DNA of 56,167 nucleotides from a bacterium (GCA_021791275.1 JAJYWX010000028.1:11582-67748), one strand, 5' to 3'. Positions 16,894 through 26,539 are shown, numbered from the stretch's first letter. The notes: a model not told the origin generated them from the sequence alone. A program made the numbers and translations.

Positions 16894-17524
16894 TCCTGTA
16901 GGGTTCAGGATAGGAATAAATAAAAATTATAAATCTCTCTGGTTTGCAGAAGGAGATTTATATAAGAAACAATTGCAAGAAGACTTAAATGTAAGAAAAT
17001 TTTTGAAAAAAGAACTTAAGTCTGCTGGTGTAGGAGAAATTACGATAAAAAGATCTCTTAACAATGTTTCTGTCGATATTTCTGTTGCAAGGCCAGGTAT
17101 TGTTATAGGAAGAGGTGGTCAAGGATTGGAAGTGTTAAAAAAAACATTAGATGTAATGTTTGCAAGTAATGTACATTTAGATATACATGATATAAAAAAG
17201 CCTGAACTTAGTGCAATGATAGTTTCTCAAAATATCGTGGACGGAGTTTTAAAAAGAATGTCTGCTAAATATCTTATGGATAGGGAACTTACGAAGATAA
17301 AAGAGGCAGGGGCATTAGGTGCAAAAATAGCAGTTTCTGGAAGAGTAAACGGATCTGAAATTCATAGAACAGATAAAGTCAGGTTTGGTTCAGTACCTTT
17401 GCAAACTTTAAGAGCAGATATAGATTATGCAGATGCTTATGCTAAGACTAAAAGCTATGGAGTATTAGGGATTAAAGTATGGATATATAAAGGAGAGAAA
17501 AATTATATTGATGAAGTAGAATAA
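16877..17524 (+). CDS. rpsC: 30S ribosomal protein S3
   Basis: MGHKVNPVGFRIG..., plus KH-domain-like sequence. Confidence 0.95.
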   Translation: MGHKVNPVGFRIGINKNYKSLWFAEGDLYKKQLQEDLNVRKFLKKELKSAGVGEITIKRSLNNVSVDISVARPGIVIGRGGQGLEVLKKTLDVMFASNVHLDIHDIKKPELSAMIVSQNIVDGVLKRMSAKYLMDRELTKIKEAGALGAKIAVSGRVNGSEIHRTDKVRFGSVPLQTLRADIDYADAYAKTKSYGVLGIKVWIYKGEKNYIDEVE

Positions 17525-17526
17525 TT

Positions 17527-17946
17527 ATGATATTACAGCCAAAAAGACAAAAATATAGAAGAACTTTTAGAGGAGATATTACAAGGGTAGCTAGTAATGG
17601 ATATACTTTGAGTTTTGGTGATTATGGTCTAAAGGCTATGGATTCTGGTCTTATGACTGCAAGGCAAATAGAGTCTGCGAGAAAGACTATCACTCACTAC
17701 ACTAAAAGGGGGGGTAAGATATGGATAAGAATTTTCCCATATATGCCTATGACAAAAAAGGCAGATGGTGTAAAATTAGGCTCTGGAAAAGGTAACGTTT
17801 ATGGATTTGGTACACCAATAAAAGCAGGAAGCATACTTTTTGAAATTGTTGGTGTAAGTGAAGATGTGGCAAAAGAGGCCTTTAGACTGGCATCACACAA
17901 GATTCCTTTGAAAGTTAAATTTGTTAAGATGGAGGATCAATTCTAA
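17527..17946 (+). CDS. rplP: 50S ribosomal protein L16
   Basis: MILQPKRQKYRRTFRG...ARQIESARKTI. Confidence 0.95.
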   Translation: MILQPKRQKYRRTFRGDITRVASNGYTLSFGDYGLKAMDSGLMTARQIESARKTITHYTKRGGKIWIRIFPYMPMTKKADGVKLGSGKGNVYGFGTPIKAGSILFEIVGVSEDVAKEAFRLASHKIPLKVKFVKMEDQF

Positions 17947-17947
17947 T

Positions 17948-18172
17948 ATGGATATAACTGAAATAAAAAAACTTAGCAAAGGTGAAATCTACAAAGAGAT
18001 TAATAAAAATCAGATTGATCTTTTGAAAAAGAAAGTGACTTTGAGGTTACAGGTAACTCAGAAATCTTCTAGTGAGGGTATTAATGTTTCTGAGATAAGA
18101 AAGATAAAAAGATATATTGCAAGATTACAAACAGTACTAAGAGAAAAAGAATATTTAGAAAATAATAAATAA
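17948..18172 (+). CDS. rpmC: 50S ribosomal protein L29
   Basis: MDITEIKKLSKGEIYKEI..., operon order. The track start at 17921 is a non-ATG extension. Confidence 0.88.
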   Translation: MDITEIKKLSKGEIYKEINKNQIDLLKKKVTLRLQVTQKSSSEGINVSEIRKIKRYIARLQTVLREKEYLENNK

Positions 18173-18588
18173 TGGCAGAAAAAAAACAGACTACAACTAA
18201 AAAAGAGATAAAAAAGACTCCTATTTCAAAAGTCTCAAAGGTTAGTGCTAACAATAAAAAATCAGTTGTAAGTAAAAGTCGAGTCAAGAAACCTGCTTCA
18301 TCAGTTAAAAAAGAAGTAGTGAAAAAAGCTAAAGTTGAGAGTACTAAGAAAAGAAGAGTTATAAGGGCTACAATTGTTAAAGATAATAGTACTAAGTATA
18401 AATTTTTAAATGTTAAAGTAACTAGGGTTGTAGCACATCCTTTGTATAGGAAATTGGTTAAGAAAAATAAAAAGTATTTAGTTTCTTGTCCACAAGATGT
18501 TGAATTTAAAGTTGGAGAAGAGGTTTTCATAGAGGAAACTAATCCAATTTCAAAAAGAATAAGTTTTAGATATGTAAGTAAGGTATAA
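18172..18588 (+). CDS. rpsQ: 30S ribosomal protein S17 with a lysine-rich N-terminal extension of about 60 aa
   Basis: The core RVIRATIVKDNSTKYKFLNVKVTRVVAHPLYRKLVKKNKKYLV matches S17. The gene has a TAATG overlap with rpmC. Confidence 0.9.
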   Translation: MAEKKQTTTKKEIKKTPISKVSKVSANNKKSVVSKSRVKKPASSVKKEVVKKAKVESTKKRRVIRATIVKDNSTKYKFLNVKVTRVVAHPLYRKLVKKNKKYLVSCPQDVEFKVGEEVFIEETNPISKRISFRYVSKV

Positions 18589-18592
18589 GTAT

Positions 18593-18964
18593 ATGTTACA
18601 AAAATTATCTGTAATAAAATGTATTGATAATACTGGTGCCAAGGAATTAAAAATCATAGGTACGCTAGGAGCTTCTTTTAGAAGATATTCCAGACTTGGG
18701 GATAGAGTAAAGTGTTCTGTAGTGAAAGCTAATCCTTCAGGACAGATTGGAATGCATGAAAAGGTAACGGTTGTTATAGTTAGAACCAGGAAAGAATCAA
18801 GAAGAAGAGATGGATCATATATAAGGTTTGATGATAATGCGGGTGTTATAATTGATGAAAAAACGGGAGAGCCTAAAGGTACAGCGATTTTTGGCCCTGT
18901 TGCAAGAGAGCTAAGAGATAAAGGTTATAATAAATTAGTTAGTTTAGCAGATGAAGTATTATGA
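18593..18964 (+). CDS. rplN: 50S ribosomal protein L14
   Basis: MLQKLSVIKCIDNTGAK... Confidence 0.95.
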   Translation: MLQKLSVIKCIDNTGAKELKIIGTLGASFRRYSRLGDRVKCSVVKANPSGQIGMHEKVTVVIVRTRKESRRRDGSYIRFDDNAGVIIDEKTGEPKGTAIFGPVARELRDKGYNKLVSLADEVL

Positions 18965-19251
18965 AGATAAGATTGAATGATAATGTAAAAATATTAAGTG
19001 GTAATAACAGAGGAAAGGTTTCTAAGGTTACCAAGGTATTGGCTAGTAAAAATAAATTATATGTAGATGGAGTTGGGATACATAAGAAATTTGTTAGAGG
19101 TCAGGGTGTTGTAGATATACAAAAACCTATTAATCCTTCTATTGTATCTTTGATGTGTCCTAAGTGTGGGAAACAAACAAGAGTTGGCTTTATGATTAAT
19201 GAGAAAGGATTCAAGAATAGGATTTGTGTAAAGTGTAAGGCAGTAGTATGA
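18961..19251 (+). CDS. rplX: 50S ribosomal protein L24 (with a C-x2-C...C-x2-C cluster)
   Basis: KOW-like N-terminus (KIRLNDNVKILSGNNRGKVSKV), CPKCG...CVKC, and operon order. Confidence 0.88.
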   Translation: MKIRLNDNVKILSGNNRGKVSKVTKVLASKNKLYVDGVGIHKKFVRGQGVVDIQKPINPSIVSLMCPKCGKQTRVGFMINEKGFKNRICVKCKAVV

Positions 19252-19970
19252 AAAAATTATCTATAACTGGGAGGAATCAAGTATTATCTTTGTTGAAATC
19301 TAATATAAAGATAATAAAGGTTTCTCTAGATAGTAAAGATTCTAATGATGTTAGAATAAAAGAAATAATAGCTCTTTGTCAACAAAAAAATATCAGTTTA
19401 ACTTTTGAAAATAGAGATTTTTTCAAAAAATATGTAGAATCTCAAGGTGTATATGCAGAGTTTGAGTACATAGAAAATATAGATTTAGAAAAAATATTGC
19501 AGAAAGATCCTTTAATTGTTATTTTGAAAGATATTCTATATAAACAAAATTTAGCTGCTATAATAAGATCTTGTAATATAGCGGGTGTAGATCTTTTAGT
19601 TTTGCCTAAGAAATTAAAAGATTTGCACCTGGATAGTGAAGTTTTAAGGATTTCAGAAGGGGCAGCTTTAAATACAAATATATATTATACAAATATATTT
19701 GAATTTTTAGATAAATTAATAGATTTAGATATAAAGATTTTCGGAGTTGAAAACTTTGGGCAAGAGTTATACTTTAATTGTAATTTTAAAGGAGCTGTTG
19801 GATTTTTATTTGGATCTGAAAAAGATTCATTATCTGAGCCATTAATGAAAAAATGTGATAAAATAGTTAAGATTCCTCAAAGTAAAAAGAGTAATCTTAA
19901 TTCTTTAAATATAGCATCTGCGGTAAGCATTGTTATATATGAGAAAATTAGACAAAATAGTTATGAATAA
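19248..19970 (+). CDS. SpoU/TrmH-family RNA 2'-O-methyltransferase (RlmB-like)
   Basis: SPOUT motifs are AIIRSCNIAGVDLLVL, FLFGSEKDSLSEPLMKKCD and KIPQSKKSNLNSLNIASAVSIVIYE. The N-terminus is substrate-binding-like (ITGRNQVLSLLKS). Confidence 0.8.
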   Translation: MKKLSITGRNQVLSLLKSNIKIIKVSLDSKDSNDVRIKEIIALCQQKNISLTFENRDFFKKYVESQGVYAEFEYIENIDLEKILQKDPLIVILKDILYKQNLAAIIRSCNIAGVDLLVLPKKLKDLHLDSEVLRISEGAALNTNIYYTNIFEFLDKLIDLDIKIFGVENFGQELYFNCNFKGAVGFLFGSEKDSLSEPLMKKCDKIVKIPQSKKSNLNSLNIASAVSIVIYEKIRQNSYE

Positions 19971-20502
19971 ATTAAAAGAAGAATATAATAAAAAATTAAG
20001 GGAAAGTATAAGGAAAGAATTAAATCTTTCTAATATTTATTCTGTCCCTACTTTATCAAAGATTGTTGTCAATTCTGGTGTTTCTTCGGCTATATCAAAT
20101 CCAGATTCATTAAATGAAACCAGGGATATCTTAAAAGCTATAACTGGGCAGTTACCTTTAACAACAAAGGCAAAATATTCTATATCTAATTTTCACTTAA
20201 GGAAGGGTATGAATATTGGATTAAAAGTTACAATGAGAAATGAGAGGATGTGGGATTTTTATGAAAAGTTAAATGAGATTGTTTTTCCTAGATTCAGAGA
20301 TTTTAGAGGACTTCCAAAAACCTCATTTGATAAGAAAGGAAATTATACAATAGGTATATCAGAGCATACAGTATTCTCTGAGGTTGCACAAATGTATATA
20401 GATAGGGTAAAATCACTGCAGATAACAATAGTTACAACAGCAAATGATGATAAAAGTGCTGAAGTTTTGTTAAGAACTTTAGGTTTACCTTTAGAAAAAT
20501 AA
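19963..20502 (+). CDS. rplE: 50S ribosomal protein L5
   Basis: [20 protein letters not shown]...PRFRDFRGL... ATG 19963 overlaps the stop of the methyltransferase gene (ATGAATAA). The track start at 19930 is a further upstream extension. Confidence 0.92.
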   Translation: MNKLKEEYNKKLRESIRKELNLSNIYSVPTLSKIVVNSGVSSAISNPDSLNETRDILKAITGQLPLTTKAKYSISNFHLRKGMNIGLKVTMRNERMWDFYEKLNEIVFPRFRDFRGLPKTSFDKKGNYTIGISEHTVFSEVAQMYIDRVKSLQITIVTTANDDKSAEVLLRTLGLPLEK

Positions 20503-20503
20503 T

Positions 20504-20698
20504 ATGACAAGAAAAGCTTTAATAGATAAACAACAAGAAAGAGTAAAAAAGGTAAAGTATCCTGTTAGAAGGTATACTAGATGTTTGGAGTGTGGTAGGT
20601 CAAGTGCTGTTTTTAGAGACTTCGGACTTTGTAGAATTTGCCTTAGACATTTTATTTTAGAAGGAAAGGTGCCTGGAGTTAGAAAGGCTTCTTGGTAA
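20504..20698 (+). CDS. rpsN: 30S ribosomal protein S14, zinc-binding (type Z)
   Basis: A 64-aa protein with CLECGR...CRICLR and a C-terminal ...KASW. Confidence 0.93.
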   Translation: MTRKALIDKQQERVKKVKYPVRRYTRCLECGRSSAVFRDFGLCRICLRHFILEGKVPGVRKASW

Positions 20699-20708
20699 TA
20701 TATAACTT

Positions 20709-21086
20709 ATGACAGATCCAATAGCAGATTTACTAACAAGAATAAGAAATGCAATTATGAGAGGTAAAACTTCAGTAAAGGTGCCTAAAAGTAACATAAA
20801 AGTTGAGGTAGTCAAAGTTTTATATGATATGAAGTTTATAAAATCATATCAAGTTGTAGATGATGATATTGATATTGTTTTGAAGTATAAGAAAGGAGAA
20901 AATAGGATATCTGGTATAGTAAGAGTTTCAAAACCTAGCTTAAGAATATATTCATCCTACAAGAGTATACCAAAAGTATTAAATGGATTAGGGTTTTATA
21001 TATTGTCAACTCCACAGGGCGTAATATCTGATAGAGAAGCTAAAGATAAGAAAGTTGGAGGCGAATTAATTTGTAAAGTATGGTAA
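20709..21086 (+). CDS. rpsH: 30S ribosomal protein S8
   Basis: MTDPIADLLTRIRNA... Confidence 0.95.
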   Translation: MTDPIADLLTRIRNAIMRGKTSVKVPKSNIKVEVVKVLYDMKFIKSYQVVDDDIDIVLKYKKGENRISGIVRVSKPSLRIYSSYKSIPKVLNGLGFYILSTPQGVISDREAKDKKVGGELICKVW

Positions 21087-21090
21087 AGAT

Positions 21091-21636
21091 ATGTCTAGAA
21101 TAGGAAAATTGCCAATTGAATTTAATGATAATATAACTGTTTCTGTAGAAGGATCAGTTATCAAGGTATCTGGTCCAAAGGGAGAGCTGAGTTTGGATAC
21201 TCGAGATAATGTAAAATTAAGAATTGAGGATAAAAAAATATTTCTAGATAAGAGATCAAATTTATCTCAAGACGATGCATATCAAGGATTATACAGAGCC
21301 CTTATAAACAATATGGTAATTGGAGTGAGTGAAGGTTTTTCAAAAGAATTAGAAATACGTGGTATTGGATATAGGGTTGCTTTAGAGAATGGAAATTTAG
21401 TTTTAAATGTTGGATTTTCACACTCTGTAACAGTTCAGAAAGTAGAAGGTATAGAGTTTGAAATTATAGAAAATAATTTCATAAAGGTATCAGGTGTGGA
21501 TAAACAATTAGTAGGACAAGTTGCTGCGAATATAAGATCGATTAGAAAGCCTGAACCATATAAGGGTAAGGGTATAAGATACAAAGATGAAGAAGTTATC
21601 AAGAAAGCAGGAAAAAGTGCAAAAGTAGCTAAATAA
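21091..21636 (+). CDS. rplF: 50S ribosomal protein L6
   Basis: MSRIGKLPI...GPKGEL...IRSIRKPEPYKGKGIRY. Confidence 0.95.
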   Translation: MSRIGKLPIEFNDNITVSVEGSVIKVSGPKGELSLDTRDNVKLRIEDKKIFLDKRSNLSQDDAYQGLYRALINNMVIGVSEGFSKELEIRGIGYRVALENGNLVLNVGFSHSVTVQKVEGIEFEIIENNFIKVSGVDKQLVGQVAANIRSIRKPEPYKGKGIRYKDEEVIKKAGKSAKVAK

Positions 21637-21642
21637 AAAATT

Positions 21643-21984
21643 ATGAAAAAAATAAACAATAGACAAAAAAGACATTTAATAATAAGAAAGAAGATAAAAG
21701 GTACTAAAGATATGCCAAGACTTTCTGTTTTCAGATCGAATAAAAATATTTATGTACAAGTCATAGATGATATAGCAGCGAAGACACTTCTTGGTATGAG
21801 CTCAAAGATAATAGAAAAGGCTGAAAATAAGACAGATAGAGCATATAAATTAGGTGTAGAATTTGGTAAATCTATTTTGAAAAAAGGTATCAAAAAGGTT
21901 GTTTTTGATAGAGGTGGGAATAAGTACCACGGAAGAGTAAAAGCTTTTGCAGATGGAGCAAGGGAAGCAGGAGTAAAATTTTAA
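21643..21984 (+). CDS. rplR: 50S ribosomal protein L18
   Basis: PRLSVFRSNKNIYVQVIDD...FDRGGNKYHGRVKAFADGAREAG. Confidence 0.94.
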   Translation: MKKINNRQKRHLIIRKKIKGTKDMPRLSVFRSNKNIYVQVIDDIAAKTLLGMSSKIIEKAENKTDRAYKLGVEFGKSILKKGIKKVVFDRGGNKYHGRVKAFADGAREAGVKF

Positions 21985-21998
21985 ATTATTAGACAATT

Positions 21999-22502
21999 AT
22001 GGCAGATCAAAAAGTAAGTAAAAAAGAAGAGATTTTAGAAAATATTTTAGTTGAAGATTTTCCTAAAGAGGAAGAATTTGAGCATTATATACTTGAAACA
22101 TCAAGAGTAACAAAGGTTACAAAGGGTGCAAAAAGATTCAGATTTTCTGCTATGGTAGTTGTTGGAAATAGAAATGGTAAAGTAGGAATAGGAAAAGGAG
22201 TTGGTTCAGATCCTAAATCTGCTATTGAGAAAGCTATTAGAAGAGCTAAAGACTCTGTTATTAAAATAAATATTACAGACAATACTATTACTCATGAGAT
22301 TACCCAAGATTTTAAAGCATCAAAACTTATGTTTAAACCAGCTGTAGCAGGTACTGGTATAATAGCTGGAAAAAGCATTAAACCAATTTTAGAATTATCA
22401 GGTATTAAGGATATACTTTCAAAAAGAATAGGTACTTCTAATAAGAAATCTAATATATATTGTTGCTTTTTAGCTTTACAAAATTTAAAATCAAGGAATT
22501 AA
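21999..22502 (+). CDS. rpsE: 30S ribosomal protein S5
   Basis: [33 protein letters not shown]... Confidence 0.94.
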   Translation: MADQKVSKKEEILENILVEDFPKEEEFEHYILETSRVTKVTKGAKRFRFSAMVVVGNRNGKVGIGKGVGSDPKSAIEKAIRRAKDSVIKINITDNTITHEITQDFKASKLMFKPAVAGTGIIAGKSIKPILELSGIKDILSKRIGTSNKKSNIYCCFLALQNLKSRN

Positions 22503-22503
22503 T

Positions 22504-22932
22504 ATGATTATAAAATCAAAAGTAACAACAAAAAAGAAAAAAATTATAGGGAGAGGTATTGGTTCTGGAAAGGGAGGGCATACTTCTACCAGAGGGACAA
22601 AAGGTCAAAAGAGTAGATCTGGATCTCATATCTCTAAATACTTCGAAGGTGGACAAAATCCTTTGATAAGGAGAGTCCCATATCTTAGAGGATTTAAAAG
22701 AATAAAAGAGCCTGTAGATATAATAAATTTATCTACTATAGATAAATATTTTGCAAAAGAAGATGAAATAAATCTAGAAAATCTTTTGAAAAGAGGTTTT
22801 GTTAAAAGGAAAAAAGTAAAGATATTATCAGATGGAGAAATTACTAAGGAATTTAAAATAAAAAAAGAAGATTTTATTTTTTCTCAAAAATCTTTAGATA
22901 AGATAGAAAAATCTAAAGCAAAGTTTATATAA
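22504..22932 (+). CDS. rplO: 50S ribosomal protein L15
   Basis: [25 protein letters not shown]. It starts 1 nt after the rpsE stop. Confidence 0.93.
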   Translation: MIIKSKVTTKKKKIIGRGIGSGKGGHTSTRGTKGQKSRSGSHISKYFEGGQNPLIRRVPYLRGFKRIKEPVDIINLSTIDKYFAKEDEINLENLLKRGFVKRKKVKILSDGEITKEFKIKKEDFIFSQKSLDKIEKSKAKFI

Positions 22933-22933
22933 A

Positions 22934-24220
22934 ATGCAAAAGATATTTGGAATCATTAGACAAATTCTACAAGCTCCTGATTTAAGAAAGAAAATTTTTT
23001 TCACATTTTTTATTATTGTAATTTTTAGAATATTTGCATCAATTCCCGCTCCAGGTGTAAATGTTTCTGTACTTGCTTCAGTATTTAAGAATAATCAGGC
23101 TTTAAGTGTACTTAATATATTTTCAGGTGGAACATTGTCAACTGCCGCAATTGTAGGTATAGGGTTAGGTCCTTTTATTACAGCAACTGTTATATTCCAA
23201 TTTCTTGCATATATAGTTCCAAAGATTAAAGATTTACAAGAGCAAGGAGAAAGAGGGCAAAGAATAATAAATCAATATACAAGGATAATAACTATACCTA
23301 TAGCTATATTACAATCATATGGAATCTATCTTTTTCTTTTAAATGCTTCTCAAACTCCGATAATAGGTAAACTTAGTCTATTAGGAATAGTTACATTTAT
23401 TTTAACCATGTCAGCAGGTTCAATTTTCTTGATGTGGTTAGGTGAAATGATTACAGAATATGGGATTGGAGATGGCATATCTCTTCTTATAGCATTAGGA
23501 ATCTTGGCAACATTACCAGAGCAAGTTATATCAACTGCTACTACGCAGGGCATTAACGGTATAGTAGGTATAGTCTTAATTCTTTTATTCTTAGCAATGA
23601 TAGTCGTTATTATAATCATTAATGAATCTACTCGTAATGTTCCTGTAAATTATACTAGAATGGCAAGGGGCGTAGAGCTTGTAGGTGGGGAGAAGTCATA
23701 TATACCTATAAAAATAAATACTGCAGGTGTTATGCCCATAATTTTTGCACTATCTCTACTTCTACTCCCAACAGAGTTATCTCAAATACTTGAAACCAAT
23801 AAAAACCATCTAATTCATACTGTTGCAACTTCTGTATTTGGATTTCTTTCAAACCAGACTTATTATGGAATTATTTATGCTCTTCTTATAATATTTATGA
23901 CATATTTCTATACATTTATAGTATTTAAGCCTGAAGATGTCTCAAATAATATACAAAAACAAGGAGGCTTTATTCCAGGTTTCAGGCCAGGTAAACAAAC
24001 AGAAAATTATATATATGATATCCTCTTAAGATTGACTTTTGTTGGAGCTATATTTTTGGCAGTTATAGCAATAATTCCTCTTATAGTACAAGGTTATACT
24101 AATATAACTACTGTAAGTATAGGAGGTACTAGTATACTTATTATAGTAACTGTTCTCCTTACTGTGATTAAAAATATTAGATCTCAAATGGTAACAAGAT
24201 CATATTCTGTTTATGTATAG
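22934..24220 (+). CDS. secY: preprotein translocase subunit SecY
   Basis: Has 10 TM segments and characteristic GGTLS.../GEMITEYGIGDGISL motifs. It follows rplO. Confidence 0.96.
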   Translation: MQKIFGIIRQILQAPDLRKKIFFTFFIIVIFRIFASIPAPGVNVSVLASVFKNNQALSVLNIFSGGTLSTAAIVGIGLGPFITATVIFQFLAYIVPKIKDLQEQGERGQRIINQYTRIITIPIAILQSYGIYLFLLNASQTPIIGKLSLLGIVTFILTMSAGSIFLMWLGEMITEYGIGDGISLLIALGILATLPEQVISTATTQGINGIVGIVLILLFLAMIVVIIIINESTRNVPVNYTRMARGVELVGGEKSYIPIKINTAGVMPIIFALSLLLLPTELSQILETNKNHLIHTVATSVFGFLSNQTYYGIIYALLIIFMTYFYTFIVFKPEDVSNNIQKQGGFIPGFRPGKQTENYIYDILLRLTFVGAIFLAVIAIIPLIVQGYTNITTVSIGGTSILIIVTVLLTVIKNIRSQMVTRSYSVYV

Positions 24221-25389
24221 GTAATAAAAGGTAGTTCTATTTTAGATATAACCTCAGAAGGATTTCCCTGAAATACAGATACTCTTCCTTGTATAATTTT
24301 TGTATATACCTTTGCTATATATAATCCAATACCTAATGAAGAATTTTCTCCGTAAGAGTAATTAAGATTATAGATCTTAGATTCATCAATTATATTGTTA
24401 GAATAATTTTTTACAAAGATTATAAGGCGATTATCTTTTTTCTCTTCTGTTATTTCTATTTTTGAATTTTCAGGTGAAAAATTTATTGCATTCTCAATTA
24501 TTTCTGTTAAAATTTCTGCTATTTTTTGCTCATCAGAGTTTATATAATAATCCTGATTTGTAAATTTATTAAATACGATTTCTAATCCTTTTGATTTTAT
24601 AATTGGATAGTAAATATGTAATATACTATTTAGAATTTTGTCAATTTTAAATACTGAAACCTGTAAATCATATTTTTCATTTTGAATCGCTATTCTATCT
24701 TGAACTTTTTTTTCAATTCTTGATAAGACGAATACATTATCTTTATACTCATCCCTACTATCTATATTTGAAAGATATTTTTTAATATCAAGTAGTATAT
24801 TATCTATAAAGTTCATATTAGACTCTCTTTTATTTTTATAGTAAGTGTTTTCTTGAGATATATCTTCAATATTTTTTTGAGTTAGATAGATTCTATTTTT
24901 AATATATAATATTAAGACAAATGAGAGTATTATGCCTATAGATAAGTACAACTCTAAGTTTATAGAATTAGTTTTGAAAAATATTATTATTGAGAGAATT
25001 TCATAATATAGAAAATATATATATGTATTGTATAAATTATCTTCAAAGAATATCGTTTTGATAACAAGAAGAAGTAGGATTATTATAAACGGATTATAAT
25101 AATTTGATGATATGAAACTTATATATTCATATCCAGTAAAAAATATTAATCCAGAGATAACTTCAAATATATATGATTTATAAGTATAGTTTTTATTGAA
25201 CAGAAAGTAATTTATTATTATTCCTATTAATATAAAACCCAAAAATATTGAGGTTGTAATATATAAATATATTTTATTTAGGAATAGAGCTTCTAAAAGG
25301 AAAAGTAGAGATATTATAATTATAGTTGCAAAATCAACATTAAAATTAAAAATTTTTCTTTTTTTCTCTTCTATTTCTTTTATATACAT
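24211..25389 (-). CDS. polytopic membrane protein with a C-terminal histidine-kinase-like ATPase domain (degenerate)
   Basis: About 6 TM helices, then the N-box-like EIIENAINFSPENSKIEI and the G2-like SSLGIGLYIAKVY. I found no clear H-box. Confidence 0.6.
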   Translation of the reverse strand: MYIKEIEEKKRKIFNFNVDFATIIIISLLFLLEALFLNKIYLYITTSIFLGFILIGIIINYFLFNKNYTYKSYIFEVISGLIFFTGYEYISFISSNYYNPFIIILLLLVIKTIFFEDNLYNTYIYFLYYEILSIIIFFKTNSINLELYLSIGIILSFVLILYIKNRIYLTQKNIEDISQENTYYKNKRESNMNFIDNILLDIKKYLSNIDSRDEYKDNVFVLSRIEKKVQDRIAIQNEKYDLQVSVFKIDKILNSILHIYYPIIKSKGLEIVFNKFTNQDYYINSDEQKIAEILTEIIENAINFSPENSKIEITEEKKDNRLIIFVKNYSNNIIDESKIYNLNYSYGENSSLGIGLYIAKVYTKIIQGRVSVFQGNPSEVISKIELPFITYT

Positions 25390-26498
25390 TAATTTATTTT
25401 TTTAAAATTTATACTTAATTTATTACCGTCATTTGTATAATCATCACCCTCTATTTTAGCTATTATATCAAGTATTCTCATCCATAGAGAATTCTTGTGT
25501 ATACTTGAAAGTGTATTTTCTTTTATATAATTAAGTACACTATTTTCGAATAAGATATTCATTTGAATATTTTGCCCGGATATTTTTAATAATATTTTTG
25601 TATTATGTATATTATTTTCTTTTATGAAATCGAATATTAACCTTAAATTATCTTTAAATTTATCCTCATCTGTGAGTATGAAATTTTCATCCTGCATGTT
25701 ATCTTCAAGTACAATGTCTATAGGAGAGAAATTTGCAAACTCCTTTATTATGTTTTTTATAGTTTTAACTATATCTGAAATATCCATATTGTATGATATA
25801 TCTTTATTTTGATACATCTTTTCCAGAAAAAGATTTTTTATCAATATATTTGTTTTATATGAGATATAACTTGATGGATCTTTACTATAAATCATCTCTA
25901 TATTTTTATTGATTACTTTTTTCATTGATATGATTGATCTATTTTCTAAAATACTTTTTGAGCTTTCATCTTGGTTTATTAATTTTAACTTATCTAAATC
26001 TTTTTTAGATTTTATATACTGAGTTTTAAAGAAATGCAAAAAGTAGGTAATTAAAAAATATATTACTAAGTATGGTATATCTAATATTAATTTTTGGTTA
26101 TATATAAAATATAGGAATAAAAAGGCTATAGTGGAAAGAGAATACATAGATAGTGATACTGTATAGTTTTCTTCCAATACTACTAAATATATTCCAAGTA
26201 TAATAAAAAGTATTGATATAATAAGTTTCGATGGGTCAAAATATATTGTATATATAAATACTATGTATATATAAACAATATATTTTAATATATTTACATA
26301 ATTAAATTTTTTCTTATTTGATATATATTCAGATATATATAGTGTTGCAATAAGGGATATTATTAATAAAAATTTTGTTAGGTTAAATACCTTATATATA
26401 AAAAAGTTAGAAAAATATGATATTATTATACTAGATGATACTACTGTAGATAGTATGTAGAAATAATAGAAAGGTCGACTTTTAAGAAATTTTTCCAT
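25389..26498 (-). CDS. polytopic membrane protein, more degenerate paralogue-like partner of the preceding HK-like gene
   Basis: Same architecture of an N-terminal TM bundle plus a soluble C-domain. Its stop overlaps the start of the downstream gene by 1 nt (TTAATG on the coding strand). Confidence 0.5.
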   Translation of the reverse strand: MEKFLKSRPFYYFYILSTVVSSSIIISYFSNFFIYKVFNLTKFLLIISLIATLYISEYISNKKKFNYVNILKYIVYIYIVFIYTIYFDPSKLIISILFIILGIYLVVLEENYTVSLSMYSLSTIAFLFLYFIYNQKLILDIPYLVIYFLITYFLHFFKTQYIKSKKDLDKLKLINQDESSKSILENRSIISMKKVINKNIEMIYSKDPSSYISYKTNILIKNLFLEKMYQNKDISYNMDISDIVKTIKNIIKEFANFSPIDIVLEDNMQDENFILTDEDKFKDNLRLIFDFIKENNIHNTKILLKISGQNIQMNILFENSVLNYIKENTLSSIHKNSLWMRILDIIAKIEGDDYTNDGNKLSINFKKIN

Positions 26499-26539
26499 AC
26501 ATACTTAGTTTATCATCTTTATTTTATTTCTGAAATGCT

